Shown one piece after another: positions 28,195 through 36,711 of a DNA stretch of 64,000 nt. This DNA comes from Microgenomates group bacterium (GTDB lineage: Bacteria > Patescibacteriota > Microgenomatia > PFEM01 > JBNASD01). Under the pieces are notes generated by a model. The model ran no database searches, was not told the DNA's origin, and saw only the letters and a list, made by a program, of their open reading frames with translations. The position numbers were made by a program, and so were the translations under genes. The stretch covers positions 100,733 through 164,732 of the forward strand of contig JBNASD010000001.1 in assembly GCA_049720225.1 (NCBI GenBank), read 5' to 3'. The first letter of the stretch is position 1. Every line of letters starts with the position of its first letter.

Positions 28195-28256
28195 ATCCTA
28201 TAATGTTGAAATTATTGTTTTTTTTGATATAATATTGTTATTGGCACATTGACAAA
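28195..28256 (+). promoter_or_regulatory. Promoter and leader of unit F
   Basis: ATCCTATAATG-TTGAAA-16 nt-TATAAT, then GCACATTGACAAA. Confidence 0.6.
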
Positions 28257-28331
28257 AAGAAAATTCTCTCCAATTTTATTGGAGTTTAAATATAACATTC
28301 TCCCTATTTAACGCAAGACAGGAGGTGAATT

Positions 28332-28625
28332 ATGTTTCGGGCGATACTTGAGTTGTTTTGGTCAATTTTGAAGGGGTTGGTAAAGTTAGCATGGGGATTG
28401 ATAGTGATAGTTTCTGGACTCTTAGTTTTGATTGCTCTTTTCACTTGGGGCGGAGTGTTTACAGATTCTTCTATCCCGGGGCAGAATGCTGTTAATACGT
28501 TGTGGGGCGATATTGTGATATTCCCTACCACATGGGGAGATGCATCGGCCTACCAACCAACAGGGCTGGGTTTGGCTTTGTTGGTGGTGATAGTTTTCTT
28601 TGTTCTTTTGATTCTCGCCGGTTGA
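28332..28625 (+). CDS. Orphan two-TM membrane protein (unit F, gene 1)
   Basis: SD AGGAGGTGA; TM-loop-TM. Confidence 0.75.
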   Translation: MFRAILELFWSILKGLVKLAWGLIVIVSGLLVLIALFTWGGVFTDSSIPGQNAVNTLWGDIVIFPTTWGDASAYQPTGLGLALLVVIVFFVLLILAG

Positions 28626-28642
28626 GTAAAGGAGGTGTTACG

Positions 28643-28918
28643 ATGTTTGATATTCCAGAAATTCCCGGAAAGGTAGTAGGATTGGCCATTTTGGCTTTTA
28701 TAGTGGTTTGTTTGGGAAGTATAATGCTTCTTTTCGGCGGGAATGTGGAAAAAAACCCGCTAGCGATCGCTATGGCAGATATTGGTGATTGGCTTACGCC
28801 GGGCGATACGGGAGTTTGTTACCCTTCCGATACTTTTGCGATCCGACATAATGGAGCGGCGTTCGTATTTACGGTTGGGGTGATACTTTTTATATTGATA
28901 CTCTTCTCGTTTAGATAG
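28643..28918 (+). CDS. Orphan two-TM membrane protein (unit F, gene 2)
   Basis: SD AAAGGAGGTG before ATG 28643; TM-loop-TM. Confidence 0.75.
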   Translation: MFDIPEIPGKVVGLAILAFIVVCLGSIMLLFGGNVEKNPLAIAMADIGDWLTPGDTGVCYPSDTFAIRHNGAAFVFTVGVILFILILFSFR

Positions 28919-28929
28919 AGGAGAACATT

Positions 28930-29020
28930 GGGGGGGAAGAAAAAACTTTTAACAAGGTGTCACCAAATTTTTGCGGTGACAATCTTAAGAAAAAGTTTTT
29001 CTTCCCTCCCCCCTTTTTTT
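28930..29020 (+). terminator. Long interrupted 3' hairpin F with U-tract
   Basis: GGGAAGAAAAAACTTTT / AAAAGTTTTTCTTCCC; apex TGTCACC-10 nt-GGTGACA. Confidence 0.8.
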
Positions 29021-29027
29021 AATTTTA

Positions 29028-30668
29028 TTACTTTTTAACCGCTTCCCTAATAAATTCCAAAAACAACGGATGAGGTTTTAAAAATAAAGATTTATATTCC
29101 GGATGAAATTGTGTTCCCACAAAAAAGGGATGATTAGGAATTTCGATTGCCTCTACTAATTTTCCATCAGGAGAAACTCCGCTAAAAACCATTCCCGCTT
29201 TTTTAAATTTTTCCCGGTATTGATTGTTAAACTCATAGCGGTGGCGATGTCTTTCATAAATAAATTTTAAATTTAAAATTTTAAATTTAAAATTGTTATG
29301 GTAGCATTTCCAAACCAAACTATCCCTTTTTAATTTGCACGGCCAAGCGCCCAAACGAATTGTTCCTCCAAATTGGCGTTTTTTTAAATATTTTTCTTGG
29401 TCAGGCATAATATGAATAACCGGATAAGGAGTTTGGGGGTTAACTTCGGTGGAATTAGCATCTTTTAAACCTAAAACATTTCTGGCAAATTCAATTACCG
29501 CCATCTGCATCCCAAAACAAAGACCTAAATAAGGAATTTTATTCTCCCGCGCGTATTGAACAACTTTAATTTTTCCTTCTACTCCCCGACTACCCCACCC
29601 TTGAGGAACAATAATTCCCTGACATTCTTTTATTTTTTCCGGTAATCCTTCTTTTTCAATTTTTTCGGTGTCAAACCAAATAATTTCCGGCCAAACATTA
29701 TTTGCCCAACTAGCGTGTTTAACTGCTTCCACAACACTTACATACGAATCCTCCAAACAAAAATCCCCGGAAGTATAATATTTTCCGGCAATCCCAATTT
29801 TTACTTTTCTTTTTAAATTTTTAATTTTTTTGATTAAATTTCGCCATTCCTTTAAATTTCTTCTTCTTCCTTTAATTTTTAACTTTTTCATTATTCTTTC
29901 AGTAATTTTTTGTTTTTCCAAAATTAAGGGAACTTCATAAATGTTTTCCACGTCAGGATTGGCAAAAATATCTTCTGGTTCTAACGAACAGGCAAAGGCA
30001 ATTTTTTCTCGCCGGCGGAAGTCAACTTCTTTTTCCGCCCGACAAACAATAATATCCGGTTGAATTCCTAAAGAATGAAGCGCCCAAACTGATTGTTGAA
30101 GCGGTTTGGTTTTCATTTCTCCCAAAAAATGAGGAATCGGTAAATAACCCACATGAACAAACAAAACATTTTCTTTATATTTAATTTTCATTCTCCTGGC
30201 CGCCTCAAAAAACATAATATTTTGGTATTCTCCTACCGTTCCTCCAAATTCAACAATAACAATTTCTGCCTTTTTTCCTACTTTTTCTAAACGATTAATA
30301 ATTTCTTGAGGAATATGTAAATAGGCATCAACGCATTTTCCATCATATTCTAAGGCTCTTTCCCGGTCTAGAACACTTTTATATACCTGTCCTCCTGTCA
30401 TATAATTTTCTTTAGTTAGGGAAATTCCCAAAAATCTTTCGTAATGACCCAAATCTTGATCACATTCCATTCCATCGTCTAAAACAAAAATTTCTCCGTG
30501 TTCCAAAGGATTCATTGTGCCCGCGTCTAAATTTAAATAAGGATCGCATTTTACCGGTAAAACTTTAAAACCGCGAGATTGTAAAAGAAGAGAAATTGAA
30601 GCGGTGGTAATTCCCTTTCCTAATCCGGAAATTACCCCTCCAGAAACAAAAATAAATTTAGGGTTCAT
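29028..30668 (-). CDS. pyrG: CTP synthase
   Basis: FVSGGVISGLGKG, GLCFGMQ, ERHRHRYE, QFHPE. Confidence 0.97.
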   Translation of the reverse strand: MNPKFIFVSGGVISGLGKGITTASISLLLQSRGFKVLPVKCDPYLNLDAGTMNPLEHGEIFVLDDGMECDQDLGHYERFLGISLTKENYMTGGQVYKSVLDRERALEYDGKCVDAYLHIPQEIINRLEKVGKKAEIVIVEFGGTVGEYQNIMFFEAARRMKIKYKENVLFVHVGYLPIPHFLGEMKTKPLQQSVWALHSLGIQPDIIVCRAEKEVDFRRREKIAFACSLEPEDIFANPDVENIYEVPLILEKQKITERIMKKLKIKGRRRNLKEWRNLIKKIKNLKRKVKIGIAGKYYTSGDFCLEDSYVSVVEAVKHASWANNVWPEIIWFDTEKIEKEGLPEKIKECQGIIVPQGWGSRGVEGKIKVVQYARENKIPYLGLCFGMQMAVIEFARNVLGLKDANSTEVNPQTPYPVIHIMPDQEKYLKKRQFGGTIRLGAWPCKLKRDSLVWKCYHNNFKFKILNLKFIYERHRHRYEFNNQYREKFKKAGMVFSGVSPDGKLVEAIEIPNHPFFVGTQFHPEYKSLFLKPHPLFLEFIREAVKK

Positions 30669-33600
30669 TAATTTTTTCCTCCAATAATTTTTTCAATTTC
30701 TTCTTTTAATCTTTGATTATAACTAATTCCAAAAGGCAATACCATTCTTTTTTCTTTTTCCCCATTAACAAAAACCAAAACTACTTTTTCCTCTCCCGGA
30801 TTTTCTTTTAAAAGCTTATTTAAAGCTACCAATTTTTGGGGAGAAATTCGGGCGGGAATTCTTATTTCTCTTTGATCTTCCTCTTTTTTTTCTTCTGCCA
30901 TTTCCTCAGAAAACAGAACTACCCGATTAGCCAATAAAGAAGTTTTCTCCTCTCTTGATTCAACCACCCCTTCAATTAAAACTACTTTCTCTTTCAATAA
31001 AAACTGACGACATTCCCTATAGACCTTAGGAAAAACAACGACTTCAATTTCTCCAGTTTCATCTTGAAGAGTAACAAAGGCCATTTCTTGATTGGAACTT
31101 TTGGTTAAAACAATTTTTAAATTGCTAATTATTCCTCCTAATTTTACTTTTTGACTTTGGACATCTCGATCAATCTGAAAGATTTTATGACTTCTTAATC
31201 TTTCTAATTTTTCCAATACCCGGGTAAGCGGATGTTCGGTAAGATAAAAACCCAAAAGTTCTTTCTCTAAACTTAAAAGTTCTTCTTGACTAAATTCTTC
31301 TATTTCCGGTAAATTATCTTTTACTTCTAAATTTTGAGGAGAAGAATTTTGCTCAAAAAGACTCACCTGACCATTATTTTTTTCTTTTTGAAAACTTAAA
31401 GCTTTTTCCCGAATGGTATCTAAATTAGCTAGCATTGCCGCTCTTTTGCCAAAACGGTCCATTGCCCCTGCTTTAATTAAACTTTCTAAAACTTTTTTAT
31501 TAACCTTTTGTCCATCTACTCGTTGACAAAAGTCAGTTAAAGAAGTAAATTCCCCCCCTAATCTTCTGGCACTTAAAATTGCCCCAATCGCCGCTTCCCC
31601 CACATTTTTAATCGCCCCCAAACCAAATCGAATTGCCTTCCCATTTAAAGAACTAGGTTCATTTTCAATAGTAAATCCCGCCTCTGATTTATTAATATCC
31701 GGAGGTAAAACAATAATTTTCATTCGCCGGCATTCTTCCACTGCCAACGCCACTTTTTCATCACGAATCGGACCGGAAGCACCACTACTTTCCGCGGTTA
31801 ATAACGCCGCCATAAATTCTACCGGAAAATGAGTTTTTAAATAAGCGGTTTGATAAGCAACCATTGCGTAAGAAGTAGAATGAGCTTTATTAAAACCGTA
31901 ACTAGCAAATCTTTCAATTAAAGCAAAAACATCTTTGGCTACTTGTTTAGGATATCCTTTTTCTACTGCCTGACGGATAAACTTTTTCTTTTCCTCTTTC
32001 ATAATTTCTTTTTTCTTTTTACCAATTGCCCGCCGAAGCATATCCGCCTCTCCCAAAGTGTAGCCGGCCATTACGTGAGCGATTTGTAAACATTGTTCCT
32101 GATAAACGGCAATTCCGTAGGTTTCTTCCAAAATTGGTTTTAAATCCGGATGGGGATAATTAATTTTTTCTGGATGGTGTTTTCCATAGATAAATTCATC
32201 AATAAATTGCATTGGTCCGGGTCGATACAAAGCAATCATCGCTACCAAGTCAGAAAATTTTGACGGGCCTAATTTTTTGGCTAATCGGCGCATTCCCCCA
32301 CTTTCTAATTGAAACACTCCCGTTGTTTCTCCTCGGGCAATCATTGCCAATGTTGGTTTATCATCTAAAGGAATTTCCGAAATATCAATTCTTTTTCCTT
32401 GAGTACTTTGAATATAAGCTAATGCTTTTTCTAAAATAGTGAGATTTCTGAGTCCTAAAATATCAATTTTCAAAAGACCAATTGCTTTATCGGCCCCAGC
32501 CGCATTAATATCTAAGCAATACATATCGTATTGCGTCATTATTCCTTCCCCACGAGTAACTTTTTGCAGGGGAACATATTCTGTTAAAGGCTTATCGGCA
32601 ACAATTACTCCCGCCGCATGGGTGGAAGCATGACGAACTGTTCCCTCCACTTTCATCGATAAATCCAAAAGTTTTTTATATTTCGGTTCTTTATAAAAAT
32701 TCGCTAATTCGGGAACGGCCTCAAGCGCTTCTTTTATTTTCATTCCCGGCGGAATAAGTTTGGCAATTTTATCGGGTTCAGAATAGGGCATCCCTAAAAC
32801 CCGGCCAATATCTCTCACTGCCTCCCGCGCTTTCATCACATTAAAAGTGACAATTTGCGCCACTTTATCTTGACCATACTTTTGGGTAATGTAATTAATT
32901 ACCTCATCTCTTCTTTCGTCAGCAAAGTCTAAATCGATATCCGGCGGCGACGGTCTTTCCGGGTTTAAAAATCGTTCAAAAGGAAGATTATGTTTTAAAG
33001 GATCAATGGAGGTGATTCTTAAAATATAAGAAACTAGTGACCCCGCCGCCGACCCTCTTCCCGGCCCAACTCTAATTCCCTGACTTTTTGCCCAGTTAAC
33101 TAAATCTTGAACAATTAAAAAGTAAGTAGCAAATCCCTTTTTACAGATTACTTCTAGTTCATAATCCATTCTTTGTTTAATTTCCGGGGTAATTTTTTCA
33201 AATCTTTTTTTCACTCTTTCATAAGTCAGTTCTTTTAAATATTCCTCGGCGGTTTTTCCTTCCGGTAAAGGATAATTAGGTAAAATCCAGTTTCCCAAAG
33301 AAATTTCCAAATGACACTGCTCAGCAATTTTTAAAGTATTTTCCAAAGCTTCGGGAAAATCGGCAAAAAATTCTTCCATTTCCTTGGGAGAGCGTAAATA
33401 AAAATCAGGAGAATCAATCATGGTAATTCGGTCCTTATCGGCAATTTTTTTCTGAGTTTGCACCGCCAATAAGGCATCTTGAGCTTCGGCATCTTCTGGT
33501 TCGACATAATGAATATCATTGGTCGCAATTAAAGGAATTCCTAATTTTCTTGATAAGGCAATTAATTTTTGATTAGCTTTTTCTTGATTTTTAATTTTGG

Positions 33601-34132
33601 GATGAGGTTGAATTTCCAAATAAAAATCTTTTCCAAAAATATCTAAAAATTCTTTTGCTTTTTTTTCTGCTTTTTGGTCTTCTCCCAAAAGAAGTAATTG
33701 GGGAATTTCTCCATCTAAACAAGCAGAAGAAGCAATTAATCCTTGGTGATATTTTTTAAGAACTTCCATATCAATTCGGGGTTTATAATAAAAGCCTTCT
33801 AAATGAGCAATGGTAATTAGCTTAAGAAGATTTTTATAACCAACCTCATTTTTAGCTAACAACACCAAATGATAGCGGTCAGAGTCAATATTGGCTTGCT
33901 TATCAAAGCGAGAACGCGCCGCCATGTAAGTTTCTACTCCAATAATTGGTTTAATTCCTATTTCCTTAGCGGTGGTATAGAATTTAATTGCTCCATACAT
34001 TACCCCGTGGTCAGTTAAAGCCAAGGCAGGCATTCCCAATTCTTTGGCTTTGGTCAGTAATTTATCAATTTTTGCTAGACCATCCAAAAGAGAATATTCC
34101 GAATGGACATGAAGATGAACAAAATTTCCCAT
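30668..34132 (-). CDS. dnaE: DNA polymerase III alpha subunit
   Basis: FVHLHVHSEYSLLDG, GPGRGSAAGS, PDIDLDF, YGFNKAH; no intein evident. Confidence 0.98.
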   Translation of the reverse strand: MGNFVHLHVHSEYSLLDGLAKIDKLLTKAKELGMPALALTDHGVMYGAIKFYTTAKEIGIKPIIGVETYMAARSRFDKQANIDSDRYHLVLLAKNEVGYKNLLKLITIAHLEGFYYKPRIDMEVLKKYHQGLIASSACLDGEIPQLLLLGEDQKAEKKAKEFLDIFGKDFYLEIQPHPKIKNQEKANQKLIALSRKLGIPLIATNDIHYVEPEDAEAQDALLAVQTQKKIADKDRITMIDSPDFYLRSPKEMEEFFADFPEALENTLKIAEQCHLEISLGNWILPNYPLPEGKTAEEYLKELTYERVKKRFEKITPEIKQRMDYELEVICKKGFATYFLIVQDLVNWAKSQGIRVGPGRGSAAGSLVSYILRITSIDPLKHNLPFERFLNPERPSPPDIDLDFADERRDEVINYITQKYGQDKVAQIVTFNVMKAREAVRDIGRVLGMPYSEPDKIAKLIPPGMKIKEALEAVPELANFYKEPKYKKLLDLSMKVEGTVRHASTHAAGVIVADKPLTEYVPLQKVTRGEGIMTQYDMYCLDINAAGADKAIGLLKIDILGLRNLTILEKALAYIQSTQGKRIDISEIPLDDKPTLAMIARGETTGVFQLESGGMRRLAKKLGPSKFSDLVAMIALYRPGPMQFIDEFIYGKHHPEKINYPHPDLKPILEETYGIAVYQEQCLQIAHVMAGYTLGEADMLRRAIGKKKKEIMKEEKKKFIRQAVEKGYPKQVAKDVFALIERFASYGFNKAHSTSYAMVAYQTAYLKTHFPVEFMAALLTAESSGASGPIRDEKVALAVEECRRMKIIVLPPDINKSEAGFTIENEPSSLNGKAIRFGLGAIKNVGEAAIGAILSARRLGGEFTSLTDFCQRVDGQKVNKKVLESLIKAGAMDRFGKRAAMLANLDTIREKALSFQKEKNNGQVSLFEQNSSPQNLEVKDNLPEIEEFSQEELLSLEKELLGFYLTEHPLTRVLEKLERLRSHKIFQIDRDVQSQKVKLGGIISNLKIVLTKSSNQEMAFVTLQDETGEIEVVVFPKVYRECRQFLLKEKVVLIEGVVESREEKTSLLANRVVLFSEEMAEEKKEEDQREIRIPARISPQKLVALNKLLKENPGEEKVVLVFVNGEKEKRMVLPFGISYNQRLKEEIEKIIGGKN

Positions 34133-34133
34133 A

Positions 34134-35492
34134 TTAATTTTTTAATTTCTTTTTAATTTCTTCTTCTATTTGTTTGGGGTTTGCCTGCCCTTTTGTTTTC
34201 GCCATAATTTGGCCAATTAAAAATTGAATAGCATTAATTTTTCCTTTTTTAAAATCCGCAACCGCTTTTTGATTTTCTTCTAAAACTTGGTTAATTATTT
34301 TTTCTAATTCTTCCTTTTTGATGGTTATTTTTTTCTTGCTTTTTTGTCTTTGTAACTGCTTAATTAATTGTCCAGGAGAAACTTTTTTAATATCTACTTT
34401 TTTATTAATTATAACATTAGCAATTTCTTGCAATTTTATTTCTTTTTTTGCCAATTTTGTCGTTTCCTCAAAATAATCAGCGGTGAATTTCTCCGCGGTT
34501 AAAATTCTTGCCGCGTAATCAGAAAGATGATAAACTTCGACAAACTTTTTTCTTTTTTCTTGGGGAAGTTCAGGAAGAAGTTTTTTAATTTTTTCAATTT
34601 CTTCTTTATTAAATCTTATTGGCGGAATATCCGGCTCAGGAAAATAGCGATAATCAGAGGCTTCTTCTTTTTCTCGCTGTAAAACAGTAATTTTTCTTTT
34701 TTCATCCCAACCGCGGGTGGTTTTATTTCCCGGTTTTTTAGTTTCCCCGGTCTTTAAAAATTCTTTTTTTTGTCTTTCAATCTCATAATCAATTGCTTTT
34801 TTAACAAAGCTAAAAGAATTAATATTTTTCAATTCTACCAGCGGTGTATATAATTTTTTTCCGTTTTTAATCACTTCCAAATTAACCGTTGGCTCACAGC
34901 GCATTTGTCCTTTTTCCATATCCGCATCGGCAATTTCTAGCCAGCGGACTAATTGTTGAAGTGATTTTAAAAATTCTTGAATCTCTTGGCTGTCATTAAA
35001 ATCTGGTTCGGTAACAATTTCTACTAAGGGTACTCCACTACGATTAAAATCAATTAAAGAGCAACTTTCTTGACCAATTTTTTGGTGGATTAATTTTCCG
35101 GTGTCTTCCTCTAAATGAACTCGGCGGATTCTAATTTTCTTTTTTCTTTCTAAAAGTTCAAATTCTCCATTTTTATTTAGCGGTAAATCATATTGACTGA
35201 TTTGATAGCCTTTGGGTAAGTCTGGATAAAAATAATTTTTTCGGTCAAATTTAGAAAATAATGCCGGTTGACAATTTAAGGCTAAGCCTAATTTAATCGT
35301 TGCCTCAATTGCTTTTTGGTTAGGATAAGGAAGAGCGCCCGGTAAACCTAAACATACCGGACAAACTAACGTATTGGGTGGTTTACCAAAATATTGCGCT
35401 GAACAACCACAAAACATTTTGCTTTTTGTTTTCAGTTCGATATGAACTTCTAATCCAATTATCGGTTTAAATCTTATGGTTGATGAGTTCAT
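34134..35492 (-). CDS. gatB: Asp/Glu-tRNA amidotransferase subunit B
   Basis: IGLEVH, FDRKNYFYPDLPKGYQISQ, DYRYFPEPD. Confidence 0.98.
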   Translation of the reverse strand: MNSSTIRFKPIIGLEVHIELKTKSKMFCGCSAQYFGKPPNTLVCPVCLGLPGALPYPNQKAIEATIKLGLALNCQPALFSKFDRKNYFYPDLPKGYQISQYDLPLNKNGEFELLERKKKIRIRRVHLEEDTGKLIHQKIGQESCSLIDFNRSGVPLVEIVTEPDFNDSQEIQEFLKSLQQLVRWLEIADADMEKGQMRCEPTVNLEVIKNGKKLYTPLVELKNINSFSFVKKAIDYEIERQKKEFLKTGETKKPGNKTTRGWDEKRKITVLQREKEEASDYRYFPEPDIPPIRFNKEEIEKIKKLLPELPQEKRKKFVEVYHLSDYAARILTAEKFTADYFEETTKLAKKEIKLQEIANVIINKKVDIKKVSPGQLIKQLQRQKSKKKITIKKEELEKIINQVLEENQKAVADFKKGKINAIQFLIGQIMAKTKGQANPKQIEEEIKKKLKN

Positions 35493-36711
35493 AGGGTTCT
35501 TTTAAAGAAAAAGAAAATAATATTCCTGCAAAAATTCCTATTATTATTAATACCAACTTAATTCCCAATAAATCAACTATCACTCCAATCATTAAAATGG
35601 GTAAAATTGATCCTAAAGTAATTAAAAAACCTAAAACCCCATAAATTCTTCCATAAAAATCTTTAGGAGTATTTTCTTGAATAAAAGTTTGCGAAGGAAC
35701 TACTAAAAAAACAAAAGATAATCCCAAAAAGAAAGCAATAATTGCCGTTAAAATAATCTTAAAATTTCCATTAAATAAAGGAATTATTAATCCCAAAAAA
35801 AGAAAAGAAAAAGTAGAAAAACCTAAACCAGAAGAAATTAAAGTCTTTTTTCTTATTTTTTCGGTTAATCTTTTAGAAGCCAAAATTCCTCCAATTAATG
35901 CTCCTAAACCAGCTGGAGAAATTAAGGCTAAACCAGAGTCAACCACCGGAATCTTTAAAATATCCTGAGAAAATATGGGAACAATCACCGCCAAAATACT
36001 AACAATTATTTGGGCACAAACCAAAATTGCTAAAGGAAAAAGAATCAAAGGGTTGTTTTTAAAATAATAATACCCCTCTTTTATTTTTTCAAAAAAAATT
36101 AAAGGAGTAACTTCTTTTTCCTTCGTTTTTTTAATTCCTGAAGGTAGAAAATAAACAGAAAGGGTAGCTAAAAGCAAAAAAATTCCGCATAAGAAAAAAA
36201 CATTTTGGGTCTCTCCCAAAAGACGAATTAACGGCCCAGCCAAACTGAAACCAACTAAAAAGGTAGCATTTACAGTAAACATAAAAATAGTATTGGCAAC
36301 TGGATAAAGCTTCCGAGGAATTAAAAATGGCAAAGTCGAACCTTCAGCTGGTAAATAAAGTTGGTTAAATAAAGAATAAAGAAAAATAAGCGAATAAATA
36401 ACTAGTGGTTTAATTTTTCCACTAATATATAAAAAGGCAATTATTGCTTGAATAAAGTTAGTAATCAAAAGAATTTTTCTTTTGTCGAGTAAATCGACTA
36501 CCACCCCAGAAAATGGACCTAAAAGTAAAGCGGGAATAGCGTAAAAAAACCAAATTAAAGAAACCGCCGCCGTTGAAGAGGTTTTTTCAAAAATAATGAC
36601 CGTTAAAGTAAAATTAATTAAATTAACGGTAATTTGCGAAAGCAATTGGGAAAACCACAAAAAAACAAATTTCGTTTTTAAAACTTCCCAAAAATAATTT
36701 TTCATTGCCAA
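35467..36711 (-). CDS. MFS transporter (DHA3/macrolide-efflux-like)
   Basis: About 12 TMs; G..VD..D(K)R motif A variant; C-terminal GRIYG. Confidence 0.85.
   Translation of the reverse strand: MAMKNYFWEVLKTKFVFLWFSQLLSQITVNLINFTLTVIIFEKTSSTAAVSLIWFFYAIPALLLGPFSGVVVDLLDKRKILLITNFIQAIIAFLYISGKIKPLVIYSLIFLYSLFNQLYLPAEGSTLPFLIPRKLYPVANTIFMFTVNATFLVGFSLAGPLIRLLGETQNVFFLCGIFLLLATLSVYFLPSGIKKTKEKEVTPLIFFEKIKEGYYYFKNNPLILFPLAILVCAQIIVSILAVIVPIFSQDILKIPVVDSGLALISPAGLGALIGGILASKRLTEKIRKKTLISSGLGFSTFSFLFLGLIIPLFNGNFKIILTAIIAFFLGLSFVFLVVPSQTFIQENTPKDFYGRIYGVLGFLITLGSILPILMIGVIVDLLGIKLVLIIIGIFAGILFSFSLKEPYELINHKI

Noticed and set aside
22564-29020. Classical integron cassette array with attC sites
   Set aside because: No integrase in the window, no consistent RYYYAAC/GTTRRRY ends, units lie in both orientations, carry their own promoters and are interrupted by core genes. 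A non-classical cassette system is not excluded.
22564-29020. Prophage, retron or DGR
   Set aside because: No structural, terminase, integrase or reverse-transcriptase genes, and no TR/VR-like repeat pair was seen.
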